Shown: positions 27,870 through 38,347, counted from the first letter of the stretch. The stretch is 57,483 nucleotides of DNA from an uncultured Faecalimonas sp. (GCA_964604665.1 CAZRZV010000003.1:1-57483); one strand, 5' to 3'. The notes: generated from the sequence alone by a model not told the origin. Numbers and translations: made by a program.

Positions 27870-29150
27870 CTATAACCTTATCGATAAAAATGCAGGAATC
27901 ATTACGATAATCATCACCACTGCAAGCATCCCAAACATGGGAACCAGAAGTTTTGTAGCAGCCTCTTCCCCGGTACGCCTCGCTAAGCTCTTTCTATTTT
28001 CAAAGGCTTGAATTGACTCTATTTTCAGAAGTTCACACAGGCCTTTTCCGCCCTTGCGCAAATTTTGTGACAGTAACGCACCAAACTTAATATAAATTGC
28101 AATCTTACATCGTTTGCCAAACCTTTCATACGCTTCTGCCTCTGCTACTCCACTTTGCATTTCATTTCCTGTAATTCGCATTTCTTCATATGCATAGCGT
28201 TTTTCATCCTGTCCTTTTTCTTCATATCCCTGTACGATTTTTGTCCAAACAGCCTTGACTGTCATTCCGGTAGTAAGCAGCAGTACAAACTTATTTATAA
28301 TATCCGGATAATCCCGAATCATTTGTTCCTTTGCCCTTTTCTGCTGCTCCTTTTCATCCTTTCTGTATTTCCATACAAGAAGAAAGCAGGTCAAGACTCC
28401 AAATCCCATCATATAATATCCTGTTACATCCTCTTTTTTGTTCCAGATAACCTTTTTGCCCAACACACTGTCCGGCAAAGTAAATCCATCTTTGTCTTTT
28501 GTCTCTTTCTCCTTTTTCACGACAATGTCTTGGAGCGCCTGCATCCATTTTTCTTTGCCCGTCTTGGTCTCCGGATATATCTTAACTGTAGTGACATAAA
28601 GGGTTTCTTCTTGACCGCAGGAAAGCCGTGCCCGCAATTCTACCATTGTGCCTTTCTCGTTCGTATTTTCCCGAATAATCTCTCCGTCCAAATCCAGCAC
28701 GTCATAATCATTCCATTCCCACTGGATTTTTACCGGATATCCCTCTATCGAATCTACTAAATTCAGTTTTGTTTCAACCCTGTCACGACTCTCATTCTCG
28801 CCTAAAATCGTTTTTTCCAAATCCTTGATAACTTCCCCAAACATGGTTTGGATTTCGGAGGTACTGTACTCTCTTTCTCCTATCTCAATGTCTATTTTTT
28901 CTGATTCCAATTCTCCCTCCACCGTGACCTCGTAGCTTTCCGTTTTACTACCTTCTCCATAAGAATTTCTCACTAATTTCTCCGGTACACCTGTACCTGT
29001 CAATAAAAGAGTGGCGAGCAGGTTGCTGAAAAGAAGTGTTAAAAAAATAGTCCTTTTTTCTTTCTGTCTGAGATTTTGAAACAGAGAACTTCTTTTATCT
29101 ACTAAAAAGAGTAGTATCAAAATCACATAAACCACGATACAAACAACCAT
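27870..29150 (-). CDS. TadC-like (T2SS F domain) membrane protein
   Basis: DYPDIINKFVLLLTTG, AYERFG, GEEAATKLLVPM. Confidence 0.85.
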   Translation of the reverse strand: MVVCIVVYVILILLFLVDKRSSLFQNLRQKEKRTIFLTLLFSNLLATLLLTGTGVPEKLVRNSYGEGSKTESYEVTVEGELESEKIDIEIGEREYSTSEIQTMFGEVIKDLEKTILGENESRDRVETKLNLVDSIEGYPVKIQWEWNDYDVLDLDGEIIRENTNEKGTMVELRARLSCGQEETLYVTTVKIYPETKTGKEKWMQALQDIVVKKEKETKDKDGFTLPDSVLGKKVIWNKKEDVTGYYMMGFGVLTCFLLVWKYRKDEKEQQKRAKEQMIRDYPDIINKFVLLLTTGMTVKAVWTKIVQGYEEKGQDEKRYAYEEMRITGNEMQSGVAEAEAYERFGKRCKIAIYIKFGALLSQNLRKGGKGLCELLKIESIQAFENRKSLARRTGEEAATKLLVPMFGMLAVVMIIVMIPAFLSIRL

Positions 29151-29151
29151 G

Positions 29152-29907
29152 TCACACCTCTACCTCCACTATCTTTTTCCCAAACTCGTAGGAAATCGTA
29201 TAGACCGCCAAACACACCGTCATGATGACAATTCCCATGGCATTTCCATAGAGTACCTCTGTAAATTCCGGAAAACTAATTTTCACATAACAAATCATGG
29301 CAAATGGCACAATACTCATGATTTTAAATTCCAATTTTTTTGCCGACATCACAGTGTCAATTTCCCTCTTTACATCTATCTTGTCACCGATTTGTTCCAC
29401 TGCATTGCGGATGATTCGTATCATGTCTCCGCCGCTTCTTTTTGCCATTGAAAAGACGTCCACAAACATTTTCACTTCCTCATCCCCGGTTCTCATGGAG
29501 AATCCTTTTAAGACTGTTTCTACAGGCACATTCATTTCCAATTGCCGTATCATATGACGAAATTCCCGCAAAATCAATTCTTCTTTCTTATACAGTAACG
29601 TCAAATCCTTATAGGCTTCACGCATGGCATTTTCAACCGAATAACCGACATTTAGTGCTGCCGACAAGGATTGTATTGCTTCTTTAAATTGCAATTGAAA
29701 CGCACTTTTTTTCTTTTGTATCATTTGTTTTTCCCATGATTTCATATACCGAATGAGGTATGGCGATAATAGAATTGCTCCCAGAACTGTGCCGAAAAAT
29801 AAATAAGAAACCAAACACAATAACAAGATTCCCTGTATCCACGCTCTTGCATACTCAAATTTCCCGATATCCCGCTGCCAATAACTTCTCTTTATTTTGT
29901 ATTTCAT
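29152..29907 (-). CDS. TadB-like (T2SS F domain) membrane protein
   Basis: FKEAIQSLSAALNVGYSVENA, AKRSGGDM. Confidence 0.85.
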   Translation of the reverse strand: MKYKIKRSYWQRDIGKFEYARAWIQGILLLCLVSYLFFGTVLGAILLSPYLIRYMKSWEKQMIQKKKSAFQLQFKEAIQSLSAALNVGYSVENAMREAYKDLTLLYKKEELILREFRHMIRQLEMNVPVETVLKGFSMRTGDEEVKMFVDVFSMAKRSGGDMIRIIRNAVEQIGDKIDVKREIDTVMSAKKLEFKIMSIVPFAMICYVKISFPEFTEVLYGNAMGIVIMTVCLAVYTISYEFGKKIVEVEV

Positions 29908-31063
29908 GTAATTTTACCCATTCTCCTTGAATCCTCCCATTTACAACGCTTCTTTCCTGAAATTCAAACAACGTCTGTAGTTTGATTTCTCCATTGTCAT
30001 ATCCCAACACTTCCACAACTCTTAATATCTTTCTCGTCTTATCCCGCAGGCGGCCCAAATGTACAATAATATCTATGCCCGACGCAATTTGCCGGCGAAT
30101 GGCGGGAAGCGGAATTTCCATGCCCATAAGAACCATAGTCTCCAATCTGCTAAGCATGTCCTCCGGGCTGTTTGAATGTCCACTGCTTGCCCCACAATGT
30201 CCCGTATTCAAACTTTGCAGCATATCAATCGCTTCACTTCCTCGTACCTCGCCAACAATAATCCTTGATGGGCGCATCCGAAGAGATGTCTTTAACAAAT
30301 CCCGTATGGTAATTTCCCCGGTTCCCTCTACATTTGCATTGCGCGATTCTAAGCGAACCAGATTCGGAACACCGGAAATTTGCAATTCAGCCGAGTCTTC
30401 TATCGTAATAATCCTTTCATCTTTGGGAATATAATCCGACAAAACATTTAAAAAAGTCGTTTTGCCGGAGCCTGTACCACCACTTACAAAAATGTTATAT
30501 CTTGCGCTAATCAGTTTCTCCATAAATCCAGCAATTTCCAGACTGATAGACTCCCGTTCTATCAAATCCTGCATAGTAATCATCTCTTTCGGGAATTTTC
30601 GGATCGTAACAATCGGCCCGTTGAGCGCAATCGGAGAAAGAACCACATTTACCCGCGACCCATCTTCCAACCGCGCATCCACAATCGGCGACGCTTCGTT
30701 TACAATCCGGTTTGCTTTTGCAACAATCTGCTGAATCACATCTTCCAACTTGCTTTTTGATGTGAAATGTTTTTCCAATCTCTGCATTTTGCCATCTTTT
30801 TCGATAAATATGTGCTCGGTTCCATTAATCATAATCTCTGTAATCTCATCGTCTTCTATCAATTCCTGTAGAATATCCAGTTTGCGAAATCCATTAAACA
30901 GTTCTTTCCCCAAAGCCATCTTTTCCTGTAACGAAATAGGACTCTCTTTTGCATTTTCTTCCAATACGCAATGAATTAATTCTACCAATTGCTCGTCATC
31001 TATTTCCTGCGACAAATCCACTCTCTCTAAAATTTTCTCGTGTAGTTCCTCCGACCTTTCCAT
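29855..31063 (-). CDS. cpaF: CpaF/TadA pilus assembly ATPase
   Basis: GGTGSGKTT, TIEDSAEL, LRMRP, VGEVRG, NTGH; start ATG 31063. Confidence 0.92.
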   Translation of the reverse strand: MERSEELHEKILERVDLSQEIDDEQLVELIHCVLEENAKESPISLQEKMALGKELFNGFRKLDILQELIEDDEITEIMINGTEHIFIEKDGKMQRLEKHFTSKSKLEDVIQQIVAKANRIVNEASPIVDARLEDGSRVNVVLSPIALNGPIVTIRKFPKEMITMQDLIERESISLEIAGFMEKLISARYNIFVSGGTGSGKTTFLNVLSDYIPKDERIITIEDSAELQISGVPNLVRLESRNANVEGTGEITIRDLLKTSLRMRPSRIIVGEVRGSEAIDMLQSLNTGHCGASSGHSNSPEDMLSRLETMVLMGMEIPLPAIRRQIASGIDIIVHLGRLRDKTRKILRVVEVLGYDNGEIKLQTLFEFQERSVVNGRIQGEWVKLHEIQNKEKLLAAGYREI

Positions 31064-32021
31064 CTTGCTTTTCCTCCTGAATGAGTTTTCGCACATACAC
31101 TGCCATATCTTCTTCTGCTGTAAACCGATGTACCCTGTTCCATATATTTTCCGGTTTTACTTTCTTTATTTCTTCCTCGAACATGCTTAGTTTTTGCTTG
31201 GATATGCCATCCTCTAACACCGGCATATAAATCACATCACAACACTCCAGCAATTCAAACAAACCATTTACACAATCACTCAAATCCAAAATCACTGTCT
31301 CGTAAGAACACTCTTGAAAAATGATTTTCAAAAGTTTCTGCCAATCTTCCGAAGAAATTCCTTTTATGTCACCGCTCATCAAAAATGGGGGAATATAGTC
31401 CAAATTTCCAATCTGTGCCACCATCGCTGCGATTCGCAGCGGTACATGGATTTCCTCCTGATGCATATAGTAGAACAAGTCGCCTAAGTTTCTCCCTTCC
31501 GCCCGTACAAATCGCTCATCTACGTCCGCCCGCTCTTCTAAGTTCAAATAGAGAGTTCTCTGCGTTTTTGCAATTTCTTTTCCCAAAGCAATGGCAAATG
31601 TTGTCTTTCCCACTCTGTGAATTGGAGAGTACACTGCTATCAATGTTGTTTTTTGAGACTTCACTCCTTTTAAAATACTGCTGTCTGTTCGATTGAAATA
31701 CGTTTCCAATACCTTTGCAAAAATTTTGTTCGCCGACTGAAACTTGTAAATTTCTGTTTCCTCATTTCCCAAATCCCTGCATTTTTCTTTTGTGAGTACG
31801 AACGTATGCTCCGCATTCATTTCCTTTCGCTCCTGATACGAAAATGCTTCATCCACAATCAAAATATGTATGTCTCTATCTTTCCTGAACTGCCAAACAC
31901 TTTCCGGACCGGTACAAATTTGTACTCTTAGTGAAAATTCGTTGCGCGCGGAAATATTTTCACCAAGACCACTTGCATAACGGAGCATCTTGTCACATAT
32001 CACAAGATTCTTTTTGCTCAC
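30996..32021 (-). CDS. TadZ/CpaE-like protein (degenerate receiver + MinD/ParA P-loop)
   Basis: LVICD receiver-like N-terminus, IYKFQS, SPIHRVGKTT, VILD; first gene of the tad cluster. Confidence 0.75.
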   Translation of the reverse strand: MSKKNLVICDKMLRYASGLGENISARNEFSLRVQICTGPESVWQFRKDRDIHILIVDEAFSYQERKEMNAEHTFVLTKEKCRDLGNEETEIYKFQSANKIFAKVLETYFNRTDSSILKGVKSQKTTLIAVYSPIHRVGKTTFAIALGKEIAKTQRTLYLNLEERADVDERFVRAEGRNLGDLFYYMHQEEIHVPLRIAAMVAQIGNLDYIPPFLMSGDIKGISSEDWQKLLKIIFQECSYETVILDLSDCVNGLFELLECCDVIYMPVLEDGISKQKLSMFEEEIKKVKPENIWNRVHRFTAEEDMAVYVRKLIQEEKQDGKVGGTTRENFRESGFVAGNR

Positions 32022-32123
32022 ATAAATCAGCCTCGTTCCTTATGAAATTTTTCTCTTGGAATATCTCTGTCTGAAACGACATCGAATGTTTAATAAGTTT
32101 TAGAATTCTTAACTTGTACGTGT

Positions 32124-32151
32124 ATTATAACATTTTTCTTTTTCCTGTCCA
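32124..32151 (-). promoter_or_regulatory. Putative SigA promoter of the tad operon
   Basis: TGGACA, 16-nt spacer, TATAAT with extended TG. Confidence 0.55.
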
Positions 32152-32333
32152 GTGCTTTTCAAAAAATCGCTGATTTTTGTGAAAAACTCATAAATTTTAG
32201 AGCTTTACATTTTCACCAAGTTGCTCAACCCTAGAATTTTCAAGGATTTTGGATGTCAAAAAGTGGTATTTTCTATAATCTTTTTGTCTATACTATTGGT
32301 AACTGAAATACATTTTTGAAATGGAGGTACAAT

Positions 32334-32546
32334 ATGTCTTTATTAAAAAAAGCACCTCAGGAAAACACTGCTTACAATGAACTTTTAAGAGAAATTGAAC
32401 GCGTAAAATCACAGATGGATAATGCTTACTGTAACTTTCAAAGCGCAATGGATCCGGATTTGATAGATTGTTATATTTATGAAAGCAATGCTGCTTGGAA
32501 AAGATACCGTTTTTTGCTCCGCCTGGCAAAAGAAAGCAAGGTATAG
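32334..32546 (+). CDS. yaaL: YaaL/DUF2508 family protein
   Basis: AYCNFQSAMDPDLIDCYIYESNAAWKRYRFLL; ATG 32334 after GGAGG. Confidence 0.8.
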   Translation: MSLLKKAPQENTAYNELLREIERVKSQMDNAYCNFQSAMDPDLIDCYIYESNAAWKRYRFLLRLAKESKV

Positions 32547-32584
32547 GGGCGGGGGTGTTTTCAATTTTGGGACACCGTTACACG

Positions 32585-32629
32585 CAAAAGGGGACGTAGT
32601 GAAATTCAATTTCACTACGTCCCCTTTTG
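32585..32629. repeat. Perfect 22-bp inverted repeat; bidirectional terminator or REP-like element
   Basis: CAAAAGGGGACGTAGTGAAATT-C-AATTTCACTACGTCCCCTTTTG. Confidence 0.8.
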
Positions 32630-32633
32630 ACTT

Positions 32634-33953
32634 TTACTTACTTAACTTCAACAAAGTTTCCTTTGTATTTAACTCCGGATTCTCAATCACCATCTCAAGC
32701 AGTCTGTTTAAAACTGCCCCGATTTCTTTTCCCGGTTTCATGCCGTTCGCAATCAGGTCGCTTCCGGTAATTGCCAAATCTTTCAAAGATACACATTCTT
32801 TCTTCGCCAGTATCTCTTCGTAACACGCTCTCATATCATAAATATTCTGTAGCTTTTCTTCCCGCAAATATTCACTCTGTGCCAATGTATCTGCTTCACG
32901 CACTTCTAAATAGTACGGGAACAATTCTTCTCCGATTTTATTCATCGCCCTGCGCACGCGCTTTGGCTCTGCCGGAATACGATAATCATGATACTGTACC
33001 AACTTTGTCACTTTTCCGAGAGTGTCATTATCAAACTTTAACCGGTGCAAAATCTCCCTGCACATTTCTGTGCCACGCAAATCGTGCATTTTAAAATGTG
33101 CCACACCGTTCTCATCCATGGTTTTCATCTGCGGCTTTGCAATGTCATGGAGCAGCATCGTCAAACGAAGTACCTTATCCGCACGAACCAATTGAATAGC
33201 TTTTAATGTATGCTCACCCACATTGTACATATGGTGCGGTGTCTCTTGTTCTGTCTCCATCATGGCGTCAAATTCCGGAAGAAATATCTTTGTTACCCCA
33301 AGTTCATATGCCGTCCTTAGCAGTTCGGGATTTGGAGAAACCAACATTTTAATCATCTCTGTCTGAATACGCTCTGCGCTGATATTCGCAAGTGTCGGCG
33401 CTAATTTTACAATGCCTGTGCGGGTTTCTTCTTCGATTTCAAACCCCAGTTGCGCTGCAAAACGTACTGCCCGCAAAATCCGAAGTGCATCTTCACCAAA
33501 ACGTGCTTCGGCATTTCCCACACAACGGATAATTTTATGATTCAAATCTTCCATTCCACCGAAAATATCAACCAGACCCTCGCTGTCATTATAAGCCATT
33601 GCATTGATTGTAAAATCGCGGCGAAGCAAATCTTCTTTCAGAGACCTTGTAAATGTCACTTCCGAAGGATGTCTGCTGTCCTCGTACTTTCCATCCACCC
33701 GGTAAGTTGTCACTTCAAAAGCGTCCTTGTCCAAAAGCACCGTAATGGTTCCGTGTTCAATGCCTGTATCAAATGTTCTTGCAAACAATGCTTTCGTCTC
33801 AAGGGGTGTCGCCGAAGTAGTAATGTCCCAATCATCCGGCACGCGCCCTAAAATAGAATCACGGACACAGCCGCCCACTGCGTACGCCTCGTATCCGTGT
33901 TTTTGAAGCGTACCGATAATCATATTCACTTTTTCAGGCAACTGAATTTTCAT
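32634..33953 (-). CDS. cca: CCA tRNA nucleotidyltransferase with HD domain
   Basis: VGGCVRD, DWDI, EVTTYR, RRDFTINA, EDALRILRAVRF, HH...LLHD. Confidence 0.92.
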   Translation of the reverse strand: MKIQLPEKVNMIIGTLQKHGYEAYAVGGCVRDSILGRVPDDWDITTSATPLETKALFARTFDTGIEHGTITVLLDKDAFEVTTYRVDGKYEDSRHPSEVTFTRSLKEDLLRRDFTINAMAYNDSEGLVDIFGGMEDLNHKIIRCVGNAEARFGEDALRILRAVRFAAQLGFEIEEETRTGIVKLAPTLANISAERIQTEMIKMLVSPNPELLRTAYELGVTKIFLPEFDAMMETEQETPHHMYNVGEHTLKAIQLVRADKVLRLTMLLHDIAKPQMKTMDENGVAHFKMHDLRGTEMCREILHRLKFDNDTLGKVTKLVQYHDYRIPAEPKRVRRAMNKIGEELFPYYLEVREADTLAQSEYLREEKLQNIYDMRACYEEILAKKECVSLKDLAITGSDLIANGMKPGKEIGAVLNRLLEMVIENPELNTKETLLKLSK

Positions 33954-34032
33954 CCCGATACACCTCTCTTTCATAAATGCGAGTAACTAGGCACCGTCAA
34001 ATTCCGTGTTGAGTTACTGTTTTCTCATCTTC

Positions 34033-35475
34033 TTAGTATGCCTTACCCCAGTAAGCCATGTGTTTTGCAGGCTTTCCGCAATAAATACATTTATCCGAAA
34101 TCATTTCTTCATCTTCAATCAAACAACGTGTAGCAGCTCCGCCTGTAGCGGCTTTCACTTCGTCTTCACATGCCGGGTCTCCACACCAACACGCCTTTAC
34201 AAGGCCACGCTCATTTGTAAATTTCTCAACCATGTCATCCAAAGTGGTGGCTTCGTAAATATGTGAATTCAAGAATTCTTCCGCTCTGTTATACATATCC
34301 TGCTGCATTGTCTCTAAGATTTCACGCAGCTTTGTTGCCACTTCATCCAGTGAAACAAAAATCTTTTCTCGTGTATCTCTGCGCACGATAACTGCCTGAT
34401 TGTTTTCGATATCTTTTGGTCCTATTTCAATACGTGTTGGAATACCGACGATTTCCTGTTCTGAGAATTTCCATCCCGGACTCTTTTCCGAATCATCCAT
34501 ATTGACTCTGTATCCTGCTGCTTTCAGTTCATCTAACAGCGCATTTGCTCTGTCAAGCACACCTTCTTTGTGCTGTGCAACAGGAATAATGCGGCATTCG
34601 ATTGGTGCAATGTGTGGTGGGAGTATCAAACCGTCATCATCACCGTGAACCATGATAAGCGCACCCAGACTTCTTGTAGATAATCCCCAAGATGTTTCAT
34701 ATACGCTTTGAAGTTCGTTATTTTTGTCAACGTATTTGATATCAAACGCATCCGGGAAAGCATTTCCGAAGAAATGACTGGTCGCTGACTGAAGTGCTTT
34801 TCCGTCATGCATCAAAGCTTCTACAGTATAAGTATCCTGAGCGCCTGCAAATTTTTCATGTTCCGCCTTTCTACCTGATACGAATGGAATTGCCATTGTC
34901 TCCTTGTAGAAGTCTTCATATACATGGAACATTTGGATTGTACGTGCTTCTGCCTCCTCATATGTCGCATGAATCGTATGCCCTTCCTGCCACAAAAACT
35001 CTCTTGAGCGAAGGAATGGTCTCGTTGTCTTTTCCCAACGAAGAACAGAACACCATTGGTTCCAAACCTTTGGCAAGTCTCTGTATGATTGCACGGTTCT
35101 TGCCCACAAGTCACAGAATAATGTTTCTGAAGTCGGACGAACACACATTTTTTCCTGCAAATCTTCCTGTCCACCTTTTGTTACCCATGCAACTTCCGGT
35201 GCAAATCCTTCAATATGATCTTTTTCTTTTTGCAATAAATTTTCCGGAATTAACATTGGTAAGTATACATTTTCTACCCCTGTCTCCTTAAAACGTCTGT
35301 CCAAATCTTTTTGTGCCATTTCCCAAATCGCATACCCGTTTGGTAAATAGTTAAGGCACCCTTTTACGGTTGAATAATCACATAATTGTGCTTCGCGCAC
35401 CACGTCTGTGTACCATTGTGCGAAATCTTCGTCACGCGATGTAATCGCTTTTACAAGTTTTTTGTCTTTTGCCAT
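34033..35475 (-). CDS. proS: Prolyl-tRNA synthetase, archaeal/eukaryote-like type
   Basis: DFAQWY, GFAPEVAWV, RPTSET, REFLWQEGHT, SWGLSTR, C-terminal Zn cysteines; no INS domain. Confidence 0.95.
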   Translation of the reverse strand: MAKDKKLVKAITSRDEDFAQWYTDVVREAQLCDYSTVKGCLNYLPNGYAIWEMAQKDLDRRFKETGVENVYLPMLIPENLLQKEKDHIEGFAPEVAWVTKGGQEDLQEKMCVRPTSETLFCDLWARTVQSYRDLPKVWNQWCSVLRWEKTTRPFLRSREFLWQEGHTIHATYEEAEARTIQMFHVYEDFYKETMAIPFVSGRKAEHEKFAGAQDTYTVEALMHDGKALQSATSHFFGNAFPDAFDIKYVDKNNELQSVYETSWGLSTRSLGALIMVHGDDDGLILPPHIAPIECRIIPVAQHKEGVLDRANALLDELKAAGYRVNMDDSEKSPGWKFSEQEIVGIPTRIEIGPKDIENNQAVIVRRDTREKIFVSLDEVATKLREILETMQQDMYNRAEEFLNSHIYEATTLDDMVEKFTNERGLVKACWCGDPACEDEVKAATGGAATRCLIEDEEMISDKCIYCGKPAKHMAYWGKAY

Positions 35476-35512
35476 TGCTTTTCTCCTTTTTATAATTTTT
35501 TATAAGGAATTA

Positions 35513-35750
35513 AAAAACGCCGAACGCTTTCATCCCTCCGAAAAGGGACCGAAATGTTCGGCGGTACCACCCTAATTAATTGCAAAACCACTGCAATCCT
35601 CTTTTACCATCATTAACGCTAATGTCACGCTGCGCTTTCACACAGTAACTCCAAGGCAGGTTCCACACATTCTCTGCAAGAATCTCTCAGCAAACGATTC
35701 TCTCTCTGGGGCACTTCCTGTGTGTACTAATCCTCTTCACAGCCAATTTC
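35513..35750 (-). promoter_or_regulatory. T-box riboswitch with Pro specifier
   Basis: AGTA, AGAGA and GCTGAGA stem-I motifs; GAA-CCT specifier (Pro); AATTAGGGTGGTACCGCCG T-box; terminator ...CGTTCGGCGTTTTTT. Confidence 0.92.
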
Positions 35751-35783
35751 TCTCTATTTCCCATAATTCTAGTGAAAATGGGG

Positions 35784-36467
35784 TTATTTGTCAAGATACT
35801 TTTTAAATTCTTCGCCCTCCGGCTCTATCTGAAACTCCATTTTCTGTTTCGTCTTTGGATGAATCAATTCCAACCGGTATGCACAGAGAGCTATCTGCCG
35901 CCACGCATTTCCCGCCATCGGCTCTTGCTTCCCATATTTCGTATCTCCAACAATTGGGTGTCCGAAATTCGCCATCTGCACTCGAATCTGATGATGTCTT
36001 CCGGTCTCAAGTTTAATGCGCATCAAGCTTCTCGCATTCTCATATGCATCTAACACTTCGTAATGCAAAATCGCTTTCTTTGCACCTTTTTCCGATGCAT
36101 TACACACTCTCGATGTATTGGTTTTCCCGTCTTTTACCAGATAATCTTCCAGCACGCCTTCCCGAGTGGCAAAAATCCCATTCACGACTGCCTTATAATA
36201 CTTTCCAAATCCACCGACCTGCTGCACCTGTCTGCTCAATTCCTTGGCAGCAGCAGGCGTCTTTGCAAATACCAGCAGTCCTTCTACCGGCTGGTCTAAG
36301 CGATGAACGACTGCCACATATGGCTCTTCCTTTTCCTGCTTGTACAAATAGTTTTTCAACATGCTTACCATGTCCGGCGCCCCGAGTTTCGCAGTCTGCG
36401 TAGGCACCCCTGATGGTTTGTAACAAACAATTATAGTTTCATCTTCAAATAATACCTGCAATTTCAT
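35784..36467 (-). CDS. RluA family pseudouridine synthase
   Basis: KPSG, VHRLD, TGRHHQIR, PIVGDTKYG. Confidence 0.92.
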   Translation of the reverse strand: MKLQVLFEDETIIVCYKPSGVPTQTAKLGAPDMVSMLKNYLYKQEKEEPYVAVVHRLDQPVEGLLVFAKTPAAAKELSRQVQQVGGFGKYYKAVVNGIFATREGVLEDYLVKDGKTNTSRVCNASEKGAKKAILHYEVLDAYENARSLMRIKLETGRHHQIRVQMANFGHPIVGDTKYGKQEPMAGNAWRQIALCAYRLELIHPKTKQKMEFQIEPEGEEFKKYLDK

Positions 36468-36631
36468 AATTTCAACTTACCTGTCTCTCACTTTCTGCAT
36501 ACTTCATCTCTGAAACATCATAACACAAAAGCCTGCAAAAGAACAATTTAACAATCACGAAATTTTCTTTATTTATCATTCATTCTATTTTATAATGAAA
36601 GCAAATCTATGCGTTTGAAAGGGAAGCAACT

Positions 36632-37510
36632 ATGGACGCAATTAAAACAATTCATTTGACAAAATCATACGGGAAAGCCCGCGGCATCGTGGACCTTAAC
36701 CTGACAGTGAAAAAAGGGGACTTCTTCGGATTTATCGGGCCGAACGGCGCCGGAAAGAGCACCACTATCCGCACCTTGCTCGGACTGATTTATAAAAATA
36801 GCGGAAGCGCCGAAGTTCTCGGACTTGATATCGAAAAAAATAACCGTGAAATTCTCAGCCGCATTGGTTATCTTCCGTCAGAGTCCGCATTTTATCCGGG
36901 TATGCGCGTAAAGGATGTCCTAAAACTCTCGGCAGACCTGCGCAATCAAGACTGCCAAAAAGAGGCGCAAAGACTTTGCGAAAGACTCCAACTGGACACT
37001 TCCGGAAAAATAGAAGAACTTTCTTTCGGAAACAAAAAGAAAGTTTCTATCATATGTGCACTCCAGCACAACCCGGAACTTCTCATCTTAGATGAACCGA
37101 CCGGAGGACTTGACCCTCTGATGCAACGAGAATTCTTTGAAATATTGAAAGAGCGAAATAACGCAGGAACAACTATATTCCTGTCATCACACATTCTTTC
37201 CGAGATTCAGCGCAATTGCAACCGCGCCGCGATTATCCGTGAAGGTAAAATTATCGCATGTGACAGTGTGGAGTCGCTCGCAAGGGCACAGGCAAAACGT
37301 ATCACCATCCACGGCGATGTAGATGTCACTCAACTGGAGGGAGTAAAAGATTTACATTCCTTAGACGAGCACATTACCTTCCTATATAGCGGTGAAATAT
37401 CTATTCTATTAAAAGCTCTTGGCAATGGAAAAATTGAAGACCTGACAATTGCCGAACCGGACTTGGAAGAAATCTTCATGCACTACTATGAAACAGGAGG
37501 TGAAGCATAA
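36632..37510 (+). CDS. ABC-2 type exporter ATP-binding subunit
   Basis: GPNGAGKST, LSFGN signature, LILDEPT, SSH. Confidence 0.92.
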   Translation: MDAIKTIHLTKSYGKARGIVDLNLTVKKGDFFGFIGPNGAGKSTTIRTLLGLIYKNSGSAEVLGLDIEKNNREILSRIGYLPSESAFYPGMRVKDVLKLSADLRNQDCQKEAQRLCERLQLDTSGKIEELSFGNKKKVSIICALQHNPELLILDEPTGGLDPLMQREFFEILKERNNAGTTIFLSSHILSEIQRNCNRAAIIREGKIIACDSVESLARAQAKRITIHGDVDVTQLEGVKDLHSLDEHITFLYSGEISILLKALGNGKIEDLTIAEPDLEEIFMHYYETGGEA

Positions 37511-38295
37511 TGACACTCACCAGACATGAATTAAAGCAATCCAGAATTTCCCTTATGATATGGACTCTGGCAATCGGAGTGTTTTTAGTAACATGCGTCT
37601 TTCTGTTTCCTGAAATGAAAGATGAAATGGGTAGCATTAACGATGCCTTTTCCTCCATGGGCAGTTTTTCTACCGCTTTTGGTATGGATCAACTTAATTT
37701 CGGTACTTTGATTGGATTTTACTCTATTGAATGCGGAAATGTATTGGGAATCGGCGGTTCACTTTTCGCCTCATTGATTGCAATTTCTGTTCTTGCAAAA
37801 GAGGAAAAAGAGCATACCTCTGAATTTTTATTCACTCACCCTGTGAAGCGCAGCAGGGTCATTACAGAAAAACTAATTTCCGTTTTGATACAGCTTGTAC
37901 TGATGAATGCGATTGTCTACGGACTTGCAGTCGGCTCCATAGCTTTTATCGGCGAGAACATTCCCTGGAAAGAACTGAATCTGCTGCATTTCGCATATTT
38001 TCTTCTCCAAATAGAACTTGCGGGCATTTGTTTTGGAATTTCCGCTTTCCTGCGTCGTAAAAGTATCGGCATCGGACTTGGCATCGCCATTGCAATGTAC
38101 TGCCTGAACCTGATTGCCAATATTACAGAAAAAGCCGACTTTTTGAAATACCTTACCCCATTTGGTTACGCCGAAGGCGCTGATATCGTGACCAACGGAA
38201 AATTAAATGCAACTTATGTATGTATTGGAATGACATTCATGGTAATCGGTATCGGAATTGCTTATTGGAAATATCAAAAGAAAGATATTCATTAA
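37510..38295 (+). CDS. ABC-2 type exporter permease
   Basis: Six TM segments; KEEKEHTSEFLFTHPVKR; LTPFGY; translationally coupled. Confidence 0.88.
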   Translation: MTLTRHELKQSRISLMIWTLAIGVFLVTCVFLFPEMKDEMGSINDAFSSMGSFSTAFGMDQLNFGTLIGFYSIECGNVLGIGGSLFASLIAISVLAKEEKEHTSEFLFTHPVKRSRVITEKLISVLIQLVLMNAIVYGLAVGSIAFIGENIPWKELNLLHFAYFLLQIELAGICFGISAFLRRKSIGIGLGIAIAMYCLNLIANITEKADFLKYLTPFGYAEGADIVTNGKLNATYVCIGMTFMVIGIGIAYWKYQKKDIH

Positions 38296-38304
38296 TCGCA
38301 CGTT

Positions 38305-38336
38305 AAAAAAGAGCCGCTCATCTCAAGCGGCTCTTC
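38305..38336. terminator. Terminator between the ABC permease and spoVG
   Basis: AAGAGCCGCT...AGCGGCTCTT. Confidence 0.75.
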
Positions 38337-38347
38337 ATTATAATGTC

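Noticed and set aside
28155-28760. Long antisense ORFs in the track (also 52502-53068, 13047-13574, 55333-55875)
   Set aside because: Shadows of well-supported genes on the opposite strand, with no recognisable motifs
32022-32120. c-di-GMP riboswitch in the tad leader
   Set aside because: No GGCAAA/GCCAG-type GEMM consensus could be found
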